This document shows, in pieces, positions 27,379 through 39,520 of a stretch of DNA of 64,000 bases. Origin of the DNA: Chiloscyllium plagiosum (Eukaryota). The stretch is taken from contig NC_057746.1 in the NCBI RefSeq assembly GCF_004010195.1, forward strand, positions 16,874,820 to 16,938,819, written 5' to 3'. Both the position numbers and the translations under genes were made by a program. The number at the start of each line of letters is the position of its first letter. The first letter of the stretch is position 1. Below the pieces are notes generated by a model. It had not been told where the DNA came from. It searched no databases and saw nothing but the letters and a program-made list of their open reading frames with translations.

Positions 27379-29259
27379 CAAAATCTCTAATTCCAGGTTG
27401 ATTTGAGGATTATTGGACTCAAAGGAAGTGAGTGGAAAGTGTTAGTGTCTTTTATGAGGGATGTTGAATTATGTTGGTTTAAACAGGGTGAGCTTTGTGA
27501 TGGACAGCAATCCCAGTGTAGCCAAAGACTCAGGGAGAAAGAAAGAGAGGTCAGAGTAGGAACATCAACACAGAAGGGAACCTTGATACAGAGTCCAGGT
27601 CATTCCCTTTGACAACTCTCTCACCCCTGACTGTCCAACCTCCACCCGTACTCTCCAATCCTCGGATTCTTCCCTAAGATCCCCGTCACTCACCAACTCT
27701 CAGTTCTCTCTCTGTTTATACTTCAGGTATTTCCTCAGCCATTCAATATACCCCTCTTCCAAGTCGTGCTTCACCAATGCTTGGTCACCACATGTTGGTC
27801 CCATCTGTTTTTGATGCTTTCTGACCAAAGGAATGAGGTCACCCACAGCATGTGATCTTTACTGAAGCTGATAAAATCTTATCTATTCCATCCAAATTGA
27901 TAAAACCCACTCATCATTGTCCCTCAAGTCACCACCACTCACCATCTGCAATGTGTGAATTCCTGTCCATCAGAAACACAAACTGCCAATCACAGCCAGT
28001 CATCCATGTCCCTGTCAATTAGGAACACATTGTGGGTCTCACTACAGCACATGGACTGCAGTGGTTCAGGAAGGCAGCTCACCACCACCTTCTCAACGGC
28101 AGCAAGGGATAGGAAATAAATAAAATATTTGCGGAAGCTGGACATATGAAACAACAACTAAAATTGCTGGAGAAACTCAGCAGAGTTAATGTTTCAATTC
28201 TGGTTCACCTGTCAGCACTAATTGGCCCAGCCAATGACACCCACATCCTACAAGTATTTTTTAAAATTGTAATTCTGAGCCAGTCATCCCAGTCAAACAG
28301 AAACTCAAGCTGCCATTTAGAGTTATCGCTGTCAATCAGATTTGTAGCAGTGTGGAAATACCGAAGACAGTGAGTATATGAAAGAGTGAGAAACACCAGG
28401 ACATGAATCTCTAAATACGTATCACAAAACGCCAACAGAATTTCAACAGAGCACTCAAGGAGACATCTTTACACTGCATAGCAGTCTATTAAAGCCCAGG
28501 ATCCTGTCTGCCTTTCTTTCACCGCTTTCTGAACCTGTCCTGCCACCTTCAGTAATATTTGCTTTTATTTTAAAATCATCTTTTCTTTTTTCACCTCCCT
28601 GGTCAAATCCATTAAACGTGTCTTAGCTGCTGGATAATTTTATCAAACCTCTTAGCGTAACAAGTTCAGAGATGTCTGTTTTGTTACTGAGTCAGGTCCA
28701 GAGACTGGGATCTGTTTTCCTTTTAAATTTTTTTTCAGTATGCCCACAATAATGGGAAAGAAGCTGTCTCCCCCAAGTCCCTCTACAATCTGCTGCGTAA
28801 AGCTTCCACAAACTCTGTAAGCTTGTGCTCCGTGGCATTCTTTTTAAATTCAAAGCCTTTTGTTTTAAAAAAAGGAACACCTTTTTAACACCTTGTAATA
28901 TCCTTCATTTTCCATGGATATAACAATATTCAAAGCTGAATTAGATTTCTCACCAACATGGAGGTAAAGGTTCTTTAGTAAAGACAGATAAATGGAGATA
29001 ATGCCAAAAACCAACCAAAGGCTGATAGAATATTGATTTTTATCTTAAGGTCTGGAATACATGAGATTGAAGTCATGTCCAGTTACTGGTTAGGCCTCAG
29101 TTGAGTGAATGTGTTCAGTTCGAGGAACTGCACCTGAGGAAAGGGAAATTGCCTTTGGTGAGGGTGCTGTGCAGATTCACCACCCTGATACTAGGGCTAC
29201 ATTATGAAAACAGATTGTATACGCTAGGTTTGTACTTCGTTCAGTATTGAAGACTGAAG

Positions 29260-32198
29260 AGTCATCAGGACACTATGAAGTCTCATGGCATCAGGTCAAA
29301 CGTGGACAATGAACCCTCCTGCTGATTAGCACATACAGTCCCCCATCCACTCAGCTAATGAATAAATACTCCTTCATGTTGACACAACCGAAGAGGGAAG
29401 TACTTCAAGTTGTCCTCACTGATCTACCTGTAGCACGTTTATCTGTCCGTGACAGTATTGGTACGAATTATGATTACATAATCCAAGTGGAGGCAAAGTC
29501 CCATTTTCACATTGAGGATCCCCACCACTGTTGTGTGGCACAATCACTTTGCTGAATGGGTTAGATTTCAAACAGATCTGGGAAAACAAAGCTGGGCACT
29601 TATGAGGCACAGTGTGTCATCAGCGGCTGCAGAATTATATTGAAAACTACATTCTGTACCATCTGTAACCTCATGATTTATCACATCATACTTTACTTTT
29701 ACTTTCAATCTAGGGATCAACCATAATTTGATAAAACATATATAATTTGTTTTGGAGCATGGATTTCAAAATAGAGGTCCATAGGTATTGGTAATCTCTG
29801 TGCGGTGTTTCTATTACAAAAATGCAAAGACAGAGTCTTTCTGAAAAAGTGATTAAATTGAGCACTATCATATGTCAGGTGACTATAGACCCCTATGGTG
29901 CCAAAACTAAGAGGTTTATACTGTTGGGTTTATGACAGGTGAAGTAAACATGCAAGGCTGCTCCCTCTGTTTTTCAGTTTGATTCAGAACATACCAAGGT
30001 TGAGTTTAAAAGCTAGGATCATCTTGCTCATGGAAGCCCTCAGGGCAGATTAGGGAATAAGCCATCTCAGCAGAAAAGTTTGGTTTCTGAAACTTCCAAG
30101 CCAAGAGAGGCTGGTTAGAAATCACTAAGTTGTTAGAATTGAGATAGTTTAAACTTTCACATTTGTAAGACGTTCATGACAATAGTTTGGAAAGGACTTA
30201 ATGAATGGTCCCCACAGTCCACAACAATGAAACTGACAGGATTTGAGATAAGAGTGTAATCTTCTGTGGACCTGACTCTCTGCAATGGATGGTGTTAGGA
30301 AACAGGTTGAAACTTTGTTTTGCTGTATGTTTTGATAACTTCCCAACTGTCTTCTTTGTTTAGATGGATTGATTTTGTTTTAATTTTTATTGTCTAATAA
30401 ACTCCTGTTCTCTTGCTAAAGAAAATCTATATGCATATTTTAAATATGTCTGAGTGACAATCACCGCATAAACAAACTGCATTAATTTAACTAGGTCACT
30501 GTAGTCCCTTTTTTTCTAAAAATGAAAAGTGGTTTGATGTACTGTTTTTGCTTAAAATGAGATTTGGGGCTTCCTATGTTGGCGTCCATAATTCTCTGTT
30601 GTATTATAATTGTTGACATGTCTTGTACCTTTATTTTTTAAATTCAAATTCACATAAACAAACAGCATACAAAACACACAAGATCCATTTTATTCTGAGA
30701 TTTGACTTGTCCACTGGTAACATCATTTAGGTTACTAATACTGGTATAATGAAGAACACCAGGGGACGTGCCAGGAGTATCATCAGACAGATTTAAAAAT
30801 GAAGTGCCAAACTAGTGCAGCAACAACACAGGACTAATTCTATTTCATACAGTGGAAATAACTCATGATTGAAAGAATCAAGCAATCCCAAAACAATGGA
30901 TCAGTCAAAGCTCCACAATTCTCCATCATCCAAGCATGAATGTTGTTGGACAATTAAACAACTAACAGAAATATAAGGCTCCACAAATATTTCCATGTTC
31001 AATGACAGGGATGTCTAGTACAATAATGCTGAATAATTTATGCCCATTTTCAGCCAGAAGAGTTATAGAGTCAAAGAGATGTACAGCATGGAAACAGACC
31101 CTTTGGTCCAACCAGTCCATACTAACCAGATATCCCAACTCAATCAAGTCCCACCTGCCAGCACCTGGCCCAAATCCCTCCAAACCCTTCCTATTCATAT
31201 ACCCATTCAAATGCCTCTTAAATGTTGCAATTGTACCAGCCTCCACCACATCCTGTGGCAGCTGTGAGTGGCATCCAACTATGCCCCTCAGTATCTCAGA
31301 TGCCAATCTGAAATCAATTTGGTTCCGTCCTTGTGCCATCAAGAAATGGCTATGAATCTTGACAACATTCCAGTAATAATACTCACGACTTGTGCTCCAA
31401 AATAGCCACATCCTTTCCAAGCTCTTCTAGTACATAACACTGATATCTACCCAGCAATATGGAAGATTACCCAGATATATCCTGCACACAAAACACAGAA
31501 CAAACTCCACAAACAATTCCCATCACAGCAGTCTACTTTTAGTCATCCTCAAGGTGATAAAAGGGGCTGTTGACTGAGTTTTCAAGCTCAGCAGTAACTT
31601 GGCCAATGGCATTCAGTTTGAGTTTCATAGGACCACTCAGCTCTTATCTTATCACAACCTTAGTCCAAACATGTTCAAAAGAGCTGAATTTCACATATCA
31701 GATGATATAGAAGCCTTTGAGGTCAAAGCAGCATCTGATATTAAGAGGCCAAAGCAAGACTGGGGTCAATGGGAATCGGGGGAAATCTCACCACATTTGG
31801 AGTCATATTTAGCAGAGTGGAAGATGATTGTGGGTATTGGAGGCCAGTCTTTTCAGTCCCAGGACATCATTGTAAAGGTTTGTCATCTTCCAGCCCAACC
31901 ATCTCCAGCTGCTTCATCAATAACTTTCCATCCATCATTAGGTTAGAAGTGATGATGTATTCTGAATATTACACAATCTTCAACACTATTTGCAAGTCCT
32001 CAGATACTCAAGCAGTCTGTGTCAAAAGCAGCAAGACCTGGTTACCTGCAAATTGTGTAGTGCCAGTGACCACCTTAAAACCTCACACAACAGAGCAGTT
32101 AACTATCTCATCTTGATATTCAATAGCATTACCATCCTTCACTATCAACAGTCTGGGCATTAACCATTGACTAGAAACTGAATTGGATTAGTCATAGA
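29260..32198 (+). mobile_element. Highly decayed L2/CR1-group LINE, interrupted by an LTR-like block (~29730-30740) and a CR1 3' tail (31066-31262, minus)
   Basis: Colinear with 47570-49000; RT remnants (IYPAIWKITQIYPAHK, gcccaaccatctccagctgcttcatcaat). Confidence 0.65.
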
Positions 32199-33643
32199 AG
32201 CTTGTTATTTTTGTCAGTTTCTGTACATGAATTGCACACACAGTCTTTAAATTGTGCTGGTCTTTCAATTGTGGATGTGTCACCTGATACCAAAATGTTC
32301 ACATTGCATATGTGGAAAACTTCTGCACTGGTACACTTTGCGAAACGCCCTGCCAGTGAAGAACATAGGTAAAAACAATGACTGCAGATGGTGGAAACCA
32401 GACTCTAGATTAGAGTGGTGCTGGAAAAGCACAGCAGTTCAGGCAGCATCCGAGGAGCAGGCAAAAGGACGTTTCGGGCAAAAGCCCTTCCGAGGAGCAG
32501 TAAAATCGACGTTTCGGGCAAAAGCCCTTCATCAGGAATACCCCCAGTGAAGAACATATCAATGCCCAAAAGCACAATAAATATGACTGAATGGGATGGA
32601 ATCACATCAATGACCATACGGTGGGTATTGCACATATGCATTTTTCACACAAGTAATAAGTGCATTTTGGGTGTGTCAGCAAGCATTCTTCTTAAATGTG
32701 TGTGTGTACACTGTTGTTGGCTCTTCCTCTGGATGATGCTGCTTCTCCAGGGAATGTAATTCCCAAGTCAGTTATTGTTTCTGCAGGACCCGATTTTTGT
32801 TCCATTTCCATTTTGCCAGTTATGTACACCTCCAGGGCTGATGGTTTCTCTGTGGACTGTGTGAATGGTGTGTTCACATTTTCTTTAGCAATATGTAGTG
32901 AAGGATAGGATGCTCCAGTTGTATGGGAGTTGATCGCAATGGTGTATCTGCTTATTAACTTCAACAGGATACAATCAATGTTATAAAAAACTACAAATAG
33001 TAGAAATCAGAAACTTAAACAGAATTTATTGGGAAAGTTCAACAGGTCTTTCAGCATCTGTGAAGAAAAATCAGAGATAATGCTTTGGGTCCAGTGACTA
33101 ACTGAAGGCAATAATTGCTCTCTACAGGTCCCAAGTTGACATCTAAGCTGACTCTTGTTGAGAATGTTGAAGGTTTTTACCCTGATTGGCTCGCCAAAGC
33201 TCTGCTCTGGAAATGAGTTGACAGTCTTGTTAAAATGATATTTGGCTTTCTGCCATTTTATCATGATATTGACCTTCATATCTGTTACTATTTCTGTCTT
33301 CAGCATGTTTTTTTTGCCATCAGAAGAGCAGTTGTATGCGGTGACATTAGACTAGCACATTTCATGCTTTCAGTAGATATGTATTGTTATTTGAGGATTG
33401 TATAGGATTGCTTGATTTCTTTGATTTTCATTCCTTAGCTTTTCAATTTGATTAAGGGTAGTGTGAGGTTGATGTGTGTTGTGAATTTCCCAAACCTTCA
33501 GAGAGCGGCTGATTTCTTCACTCATGATATAAGAACCATAATTGCTCATCACAATGTTGGGAATGTAGTATTGACTAAAATGCTTTTTTTTTCAGGCATT
33601 CTATAATCTTGGTAGTCATCATCAAATCCAGTTGGTCCATCTC
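32192..33643 (-). pseudogene. Candidate large decayed exon of an unidentified gene
   Basis: Acceptor ttcttgtccactag at 33644-33645. After an A9 run, one frame stays open for ~370 codons with four stops (33370, 33352, 32692, 32602), excluding two Penelope insertions. Confidence 0.4.
32508..32535 (-). ncRNA. Minimal hammerhead ribozyme core in a Penelope pLTR insertion (32368-32543; TSD ccagtgaagaacata)
   Basis: Minus strand CTGATGA-a-GGGC-tttt-GCCC-GAAA-C-GTC. Confidence 0.72.
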
Positions 33644-34564
33644 CTAGTGGACAAGAACATTAGACTACAATAACAAGATAATCAGTTCCGCTGAGAAGTT
33701 TGAATCCAGCCATTTGATTGGTGAGCCTCGACAGTGAGACAATTGAAGAATAATCAATTAATCAATAGGTATTACAAAAGACTGTACATATAACCTATAC
33801 CACTCTGTAGTGTGTAATAATACATTTCGAGCTTTTACTCTGAAAAATGGTGATTCCCAAGAAAAGAAATAGGTAATGCTGAGTGAAAACCTTTGTAACT
33901 GGCCTTAATCTCATTAAATTGAGCTGATTAAAAAAAACTTTATTAAAATTATCTACAATGGTGAGATATGGAAACGTTCTGATGTATAATTATAAGAGAA
34001 AGTGTTCACAAACATGAGAAACTGTTATATGTCATAAACTAGTCAAATGAACAGTTAAGTTAGTCAATTAGTGTTCAACAGTTAGGCTAATTGGAGATAA
34101 TAAAATGAGTTAATGGTATATAATTAAGTTTTCAAAAAGACATTTTGTTGACTTATTTCACACTTCACTTCAGCCTAAAGTCATCAATGTCTGTTTAGTT
34201 GTCAAGTTATTTCCCTTTCTTTCTGTAACTTAGAAGTGTGTCTATCATATTAACTGCTTCTGCCTTTAATTGTTCAATAAATCTTTTCAATTTACCAACT
34301 ACAGTTTAGGCTCTTGCCTTACGGGTAATTCTTGTATGAATCTAAATAATTTAAAATCTTGGATTCATTAAAAGTTAAAATATCAAGTCAGATAATTTGT
34401 ACCTCTTGACATTCTAACAGTAGCATGTTAAAGGGTTAATGCCCCAGTATTCAGTCTGGCAACGGCCCTTCTTACCACATTACCTCTTGACTGAGGACTA
34501 ATGTCCCAGTGTGCCATCTTGTGTTGCCCCACTCTCCCCTGCAACCCCACACCCCATTATTCAC

Positions 34565-34792
34565 CTACAGAGAGCTCTCAAAACAGTCCAATCACCGTTA
34601 CTTCAGTTGAACGTTTAGGAAGAGAAATTGGTGACAAATAATTTTTTTGTCTTAGTCTATGAACTGTGTCCTGGACTGTTATTAAACCCTGTTCCTGTTC
34701 ACTCGGACTTCTTCATACTGATTGGTCCCAAAACAGCATTGATTCAACCAGAATAAAAAGGTTCTGAATCATCAGGCTCCAGCAGAATATAT
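34565..34792 (-). pseudogene. Candidate 228-nt exon (phase 1-1) of the unidentified gene
   Basis: ctgtttttag acceptor, G|gtgaat donor. Reads DIFCWSLMIQNLFILVESMLFWDQSV*RSPSEQEQGLITVQDTVHRLRQKNYLSPISLPKRSTEVTVIGLF*ELSV, with two TGA stops. Confidence 0.3.
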
Positions 34793-36230
34793 CTAAAAAC
34801 AGATTGAAAGCCAAACTTTCCCTAGTATTCTGTCAGATAAATACTTCCCCTTTCATATCCAGCTGTTAAGGAAAACAGCTGAGATGCAAGTTGCTTCTTT
34901 CTTCAGAAACTTTCCAGATGGGAAGGAATAATTCAGCCTCCAATCTGCTATGCCATTTAACAAGAAAATTAGTGATCTTCTGTATGCTCATATCTTTCAG
35001 AATCCAAAATAATAGATCAATATCAATTCCAAAGTTCCAATTGTTCAACATTCACAAACATTTGAAGGAGACTGTTTTAAATGTAACACACATTTGGTGT
35101 AGAAATGTGGCTCCAGACACTACCCCCACTGCACCAAGCAGAGACAAGGATGGAGAATCATCAATCAATTTCAGCCACAAGTGCTAACAGGATAATTCAT
35201 CTCAGTCTCTTCAGCAGGTGCCCATCATCACAGAATGAATTTTTAAAACGGTCGAATTCACTTCATGTGATATCGAGAAACAGTTGAAGTCAGAGGATAC
35301 AACAGCAAAAAGCTACCAGCCCTGACAACATTCAGGCAGCAACACTGAAGATTTGTGCTCCAGAACCTGTCATGCTCATAGTCAAGGATTACTAACGCTG
35401 GTATCTACACAGGAATGTGGAAAACTGCCCAAATATGTCCGGTGCTATTTCCTGACTATTCCTAAACAGCGGATTATGACCAGATTGGTCTACTCTGAAT
35501 TAACAGAAAGTGATAAGTGTCATTGACAGTGAATAATATGTATTCACTGAAGCTCAGCTTGGAGTTCACCGAGGCAACTTAATTCCTGGACATTAAGATT
35601 TTGTCTTCTTGAAGATGGTATTGCCTGCTTTTGTTTGGTAATAAGTTTTACTTAAGTATCCAATAACAAATTGAATCATTTCAATGAGCTGAGAAAAAAC
35701 AAATGGCAGGACTTAGACTGAAGGGCAACAAAGATTAAAAGGCCATCTGATATAAGATTATGAGAAGCATAGAGAGGGTAGATTGGAAAGTACAGTTTTC
35801 AATAGCAAAGGGGTCAACTGGGAGTATAGTTTTAAAATAAGAGGGAGAAGACTAGGAAGAGAGTTGCAAAGAGTTACTCAAAGAGCAGTAGGAGCCTCAA
35901 ACACTCTGCCTAAAAGGATCAGTGCATTAAAAACGCAAAGATTGAAGCAATGTTTAAATCTTCACTTGCAGTAGCCTCCATGGATGGAAAATGGAATTAA
36001 TGTAGTCAATTCTTTGTTGACTGGTGGAGACAAATTGGACCAAATGGCCACTTTCTGTGCTGTAAATGTGTATGAGTCAATCTCACTCATTAAGGTGACA
36101 TAACTGACATTTAATGGATATCCTTAAAATATTATTTCTATCACAATTAAAGCTAAAACATGCAAACTTGAAGAGTAACAAACTGGCTATTTATCTGAAA
36201 TAACTGCAACAGCTTCTTGACCACACAATG

Positions 36231-38116
36231 TTATTAGGGTAACAGCTGTCAGGGGATCTGTCTAGGGGATTTATAACCTCAGCATTATTAGTGTAACAGC
36301 TGTCTGTGAGGATTAGACTCTGGAATTCATATTTTCAGTATTATTGGGATAACATATGTCTGTGAGGATCAGTCTGTGGGATTTATATTCTCAGTATTAT
36401 TGGAGTGACAGCTGTCTGTGAGGATCATTCCCTGGGATTTATATTCTCAGTATTATTGGTTTAACAGCTATCTGTGAGGATCAGTCTGTGGGATTTAGAT
36501 TCAGTATTATTGGGGTAACAGCTGGCTGTGAGGATCATAGAGTCATAGAGATGTACAGCATGGAAACAGACCCTTCAGTCCAAACTGTCCACGCTGACCA
36601 GATATCCCAACCCAATCGATGCTCCAGGGAAAACAGCCCTAGCCTGTTCAGCCTCTCCCTGTCGCTCAGATCCTCCAATCCTGGCAACATCCTTGTAAAT
36701 CTTATCTGAACTCTTTCAAGTTTCACAACATCTTTCCGATAGGAAGAAGACCAGAATTGCACGCAATATTCCAATAGTGGCCTAACCAATGTCCTGTACA
36801 GCTGCAACATGACCTCCCAATCATGTATTCAATACTCTGACCAATAAAGGAAAGCATACCAAATGCCTTCTTCACTATCCTATCTACCTGCGACTTCACT
36901 TTCAAGGCTATATGAACCTGCACTCCAAGGTCTCTTTGTTCAGCAACACTCCCTAGGACCTTACCATTAAGTGTATATGGCCTGTTAAGATTATCTTTCC
37001 CAAAATGCAGCACCACGCATTTAGCTGAATTAAACTCCATCTGCCACTTCTCAGCCCATTGGCCCATCTGGTCCAGATCCTGTTGTAATCTGAGGTAACC
37101 CTCTTCGCTGTCCATTACACTTCCAAATTTGGCGTCATCTACAAACTTACTAACTGTACCTCTTATGCTCGCATCCAAATCATTTATGTAAATGACAAAA
37201 GGTAGAGGACCCAGCACCGATCCTTGTGACACTCCACTGGTCACAGGCCTCCAGTCTGAAAAACAATCCTCCACACCACCCTCTGTCTTCTATCTTTGAG
37301 CCAGTTCTGTATCCAAATGGCTAGTTCTCCCTGTATTCCATGGGATCTAATCTTGCTAATCAATCTCCCATGGGGAACCTTGTCGAACACCTTACTGAAG
37401 TCCATATAGATCACATCTACGGCTCTGTCCTCATCAATCTTCTTTGTTACTTCTTCAAAAAACTCAGTCAAGTTTGTGAGACATGATTTCCCACGCACAA
37501 AGCCATGTTGACTATCCCTAATCAGTCCTTGCCTTTCCAAATACATGTACATCCTGTCCCTCAGGATTCCCTCCAACAACTTGCCCACCACTGAGGTCAG
37601 GCTCACTGGTCTATAGTTCCCTGGCTTGTCTTTACCACCCTTCTTAAACTGTGACACCACGTTTGCCAACCTCCAGTCTTCCGGTACCTCACCTGTGACT
37701 ATCGATGAAACAAATATCTGAGCAAGAGGCCCAGCAATCACTTCTCTGGCTTCCCACAGAGTTCTCGGGTACACCTGATCAGGTCCCGGGAATTAATCCA
37801 CATTTAACCGTTTCAAGACATCCAGCACTTCCTCCTCTGTAATCTGGATCAGTCTGTGGGATTTATATTCTCAGTATTATTGGGGTGACAGTTGTCTGTG
37901 AGGATCAGTCTGTGGGGTTTATATTCTCAGTATTATTGGGGTAACAGCTCTCTGTGAGGATCAGTCTGTGGGGTTTATATTCTCAGTATTATTGGGGTAA
38001 CAGCTGTCTGTGAGGATCAGTCAGCGGGGTTTATATTCGCAGTATTATTGGGATAACAGCTGTCTGTGAGGATCAGTCAGTGGGGTTTATATTCTCAGTA
38101 TTATTAGGGTGACAGT
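36231..38116. repeat. 56-bp minisatellite (~10 copies) split by a CR1 insertion
   Basis: Unit ggatcagtctgtggggtttatattctcagtattattggggtaacagctgtctgtga at 36254, 36310, 36366, 36422, 36478, 37846, 37902, 37958, 38014, 38070. Confidence 0.95.
36538..37845 (-). mobile_element. 5'-truncated, fairly young CR1 (RT domain plus 3' tail) with an internal deletion
   Basis: WRLANVVSQFKKG, SQHGFVRGKSCLTNL, YMDFSKVFDKVPH, QGSVLGP, FVDDAK, LYRTLVRPLLEYC; (atgactct)n tail. Confidence 0.95.
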
Positions 38117-38208
38117 TGAGGCCGATGCTCGGTCTCTGTGGTTGTGGTTTATGTTCCTGGGTCTATTTGACTGGAAGGAGTTTAAACTCTCTCCGCGAAT
38201 ATCCCTAC

Positions 38209-38623
38209 CAGCTTCAGTATTCTCCCTGAAGGCCTGCACGTCCCCACCTCCGGGCCGACTCTCAGCCCGCTGGCTCGATGCTGATGGTGGCGAGGTGGCG
38301 AGGTGGGAGGAGGAGGAGGAGGAGGAGGAGGAGGAGGAGGAGGAGGCCGCCGGTTGCTCTCCGTCCACCCACCTCTCCCCATCCCCATCCCCATCCTCCC
38401 CCTCCTCTCCCCATCCCCATCCTCCCCCTCCTCCCGCTGCCGGCTCCGCCTCGGGCTCGAGGGGAATGGGGGCTCGCTCACCTCCTCGCGCGCTCTCTGG
38501 AAAGTTCCGGCGCTTTCTGCATTGGGGCGGTTGGCGGTTGGCGGTTCCCAGGAGGACCCGGATGGAGCGGCCGTTACTGCGGAGATACTGGTCCGGCGGG
38601 GACAGCCACCTCAACGGTGTGGA
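38209..38623 (-). CDS. Candidate coding exon 2 of the unidentified gene (alternative donors after 38482 and 38209, both phase 1)
   Basis: Strong acceptor tctctctctctctgtcgcctacag. Open frame STPLRWLSPPDQYLRSNG...CRKRRNFPESARG(...GEDGDGDGE...S13...RENTEA). Donors gtgagc and gtaggg. Confidence 0.45.
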
Positions 38624-38838
38624 CTGTAGGCGACAGAGAGAGAGAGACCTACCCAGGATCATGAAATGTGGAGTGTCGGGTCAGTGTGCGCTGAAGTTCA
38701 CATTATTTGGAGATGTCGATGTCGCATTGGGGTGTACAAAGTTTTTTTTATCAAAAAAACAAAAAAATCACAACAGCAGGTTATAATCTCACAGAGTTAA
38801 TTGGAAGTTTCGGAGTTTGACATCGTTCATTTTCTTAC

Positions 38839-38904
38839 GGCACTGGCCTCATGTTCCCTTTTCTTTCCTCTTGTGTCTTCAAGATCCGCCTCGACCGGGT
38901 TCAT
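38839..38904 (-). CDS. Candidate coding exon 1 of the unidentified gene (MNPVEADLEDTRGKKREHEASA)
   Basis: ATG at 38904 with G at -3, ~90 nt downstream of the ETS motif. Phase 0 gtaaga donor matches the next exon's phase 0. Confidence 0.4.
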
Positions 38905-39215
38905 GACCACCCCATCCGTGACTGTCCTTGGGGAAGATGCCGGTGATCTACCTCCCAGATCTGCAGGGGGGTGGAGGATGGGGTTGCGGCCCCGGAAGTC
39001 GTCTTTTTAGTTGTTTTTGGCTCATCCGTAGTTTAAGGACCGCGGGTGGGGAGGGGGCTCCAAGTCCGGATGGTGTGTGTGTGTGTGAGTGAGAGAGAGA
39101 GGGAGGGTAACCTGCACCGGGTCGGTGTTGCTCTGCATCTGCTGACAGCCTGCTCCTGGAGGGTGGACCTCGGCACGTGTGGAAAGCGCAATGGAAAGGG
39201 AGCATTGCTGAGTTA

Positions 39216-39520
39216 AGTTTAAAAATCACACAACACCAGGTTATAGTGATTTACACATGAAAGAAGTGAAACTATCACTGTATTCTAACAGCTGAAAGGC
39301 TTAACAGACAATCAATTTTTCAGTGTATAATTTCAGTTACATCACACTGTAAATTTTTGCGATAAATTCTGTGTTATGATCGAGCCCTCCACTATCACCT
39401 GATGAAGGAGCGTCGCTCTGAAAGCTAGTGTGCTTCCAATTAAACCTATTGGACTATAACCTGGTGTTGTGATTTTTAACTTTGTACACCCCAGTCCAAC
39501 ACCAGCATCTCCAAATCATG
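39216..39520 (-). mobile_element. Second Penelope-like family insertion with inverted partial pLTR and 12-bp TSD. Sister copies at 38705-38815 and 39822-39945
   Basis: TSD attgctgagtta at 39204-39215 and 39521-39532. Hammerhead-like CTGATGA-aggagcgtcgctct-GAAA at 39399-39423. Confidence 0.75.

Larger units (their letters stand above)
38120..39200. promoter_or_regulatory. CpG island / probable promoter-first-exon region with ETS (GABP-type) motif CCGGAAGT at 38992-38999
   Basis: GC- and CpG-rich non-repeat stretch in an otherwise CpG-depleted window. Includes (GAG)13 at 38307-38345 and ccccat repeats. Confidence 0.7.

Noticed and set aside
36231-38116. Regularly spaced repeats resembling a CRISPR array
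   Set aside because: Head-to-tail 56-bp units with no unique spacers, in a vertebrate context with no cas genes.
38109-38786. 225-aa plus-strand ORF with poly-E and poly-P, and overlapping poly-R/poly-G ORFs
   Set aside because: Starts at a non-ATG codon inside the minisatellite and ends in a Penelope fragment. Openness is explained by GC content and (GAG)n. Splice signals favour the minus strand.
39112-39206. Further upstream coding exon MLPFHCAFHTC...PGA
   Set aside because: Phase fits an acceptor at 38961, but the donor (gttacc) is weak, the ATG overlaps a TE target duplication, and the ETS motif suggests a start nearer 39000.
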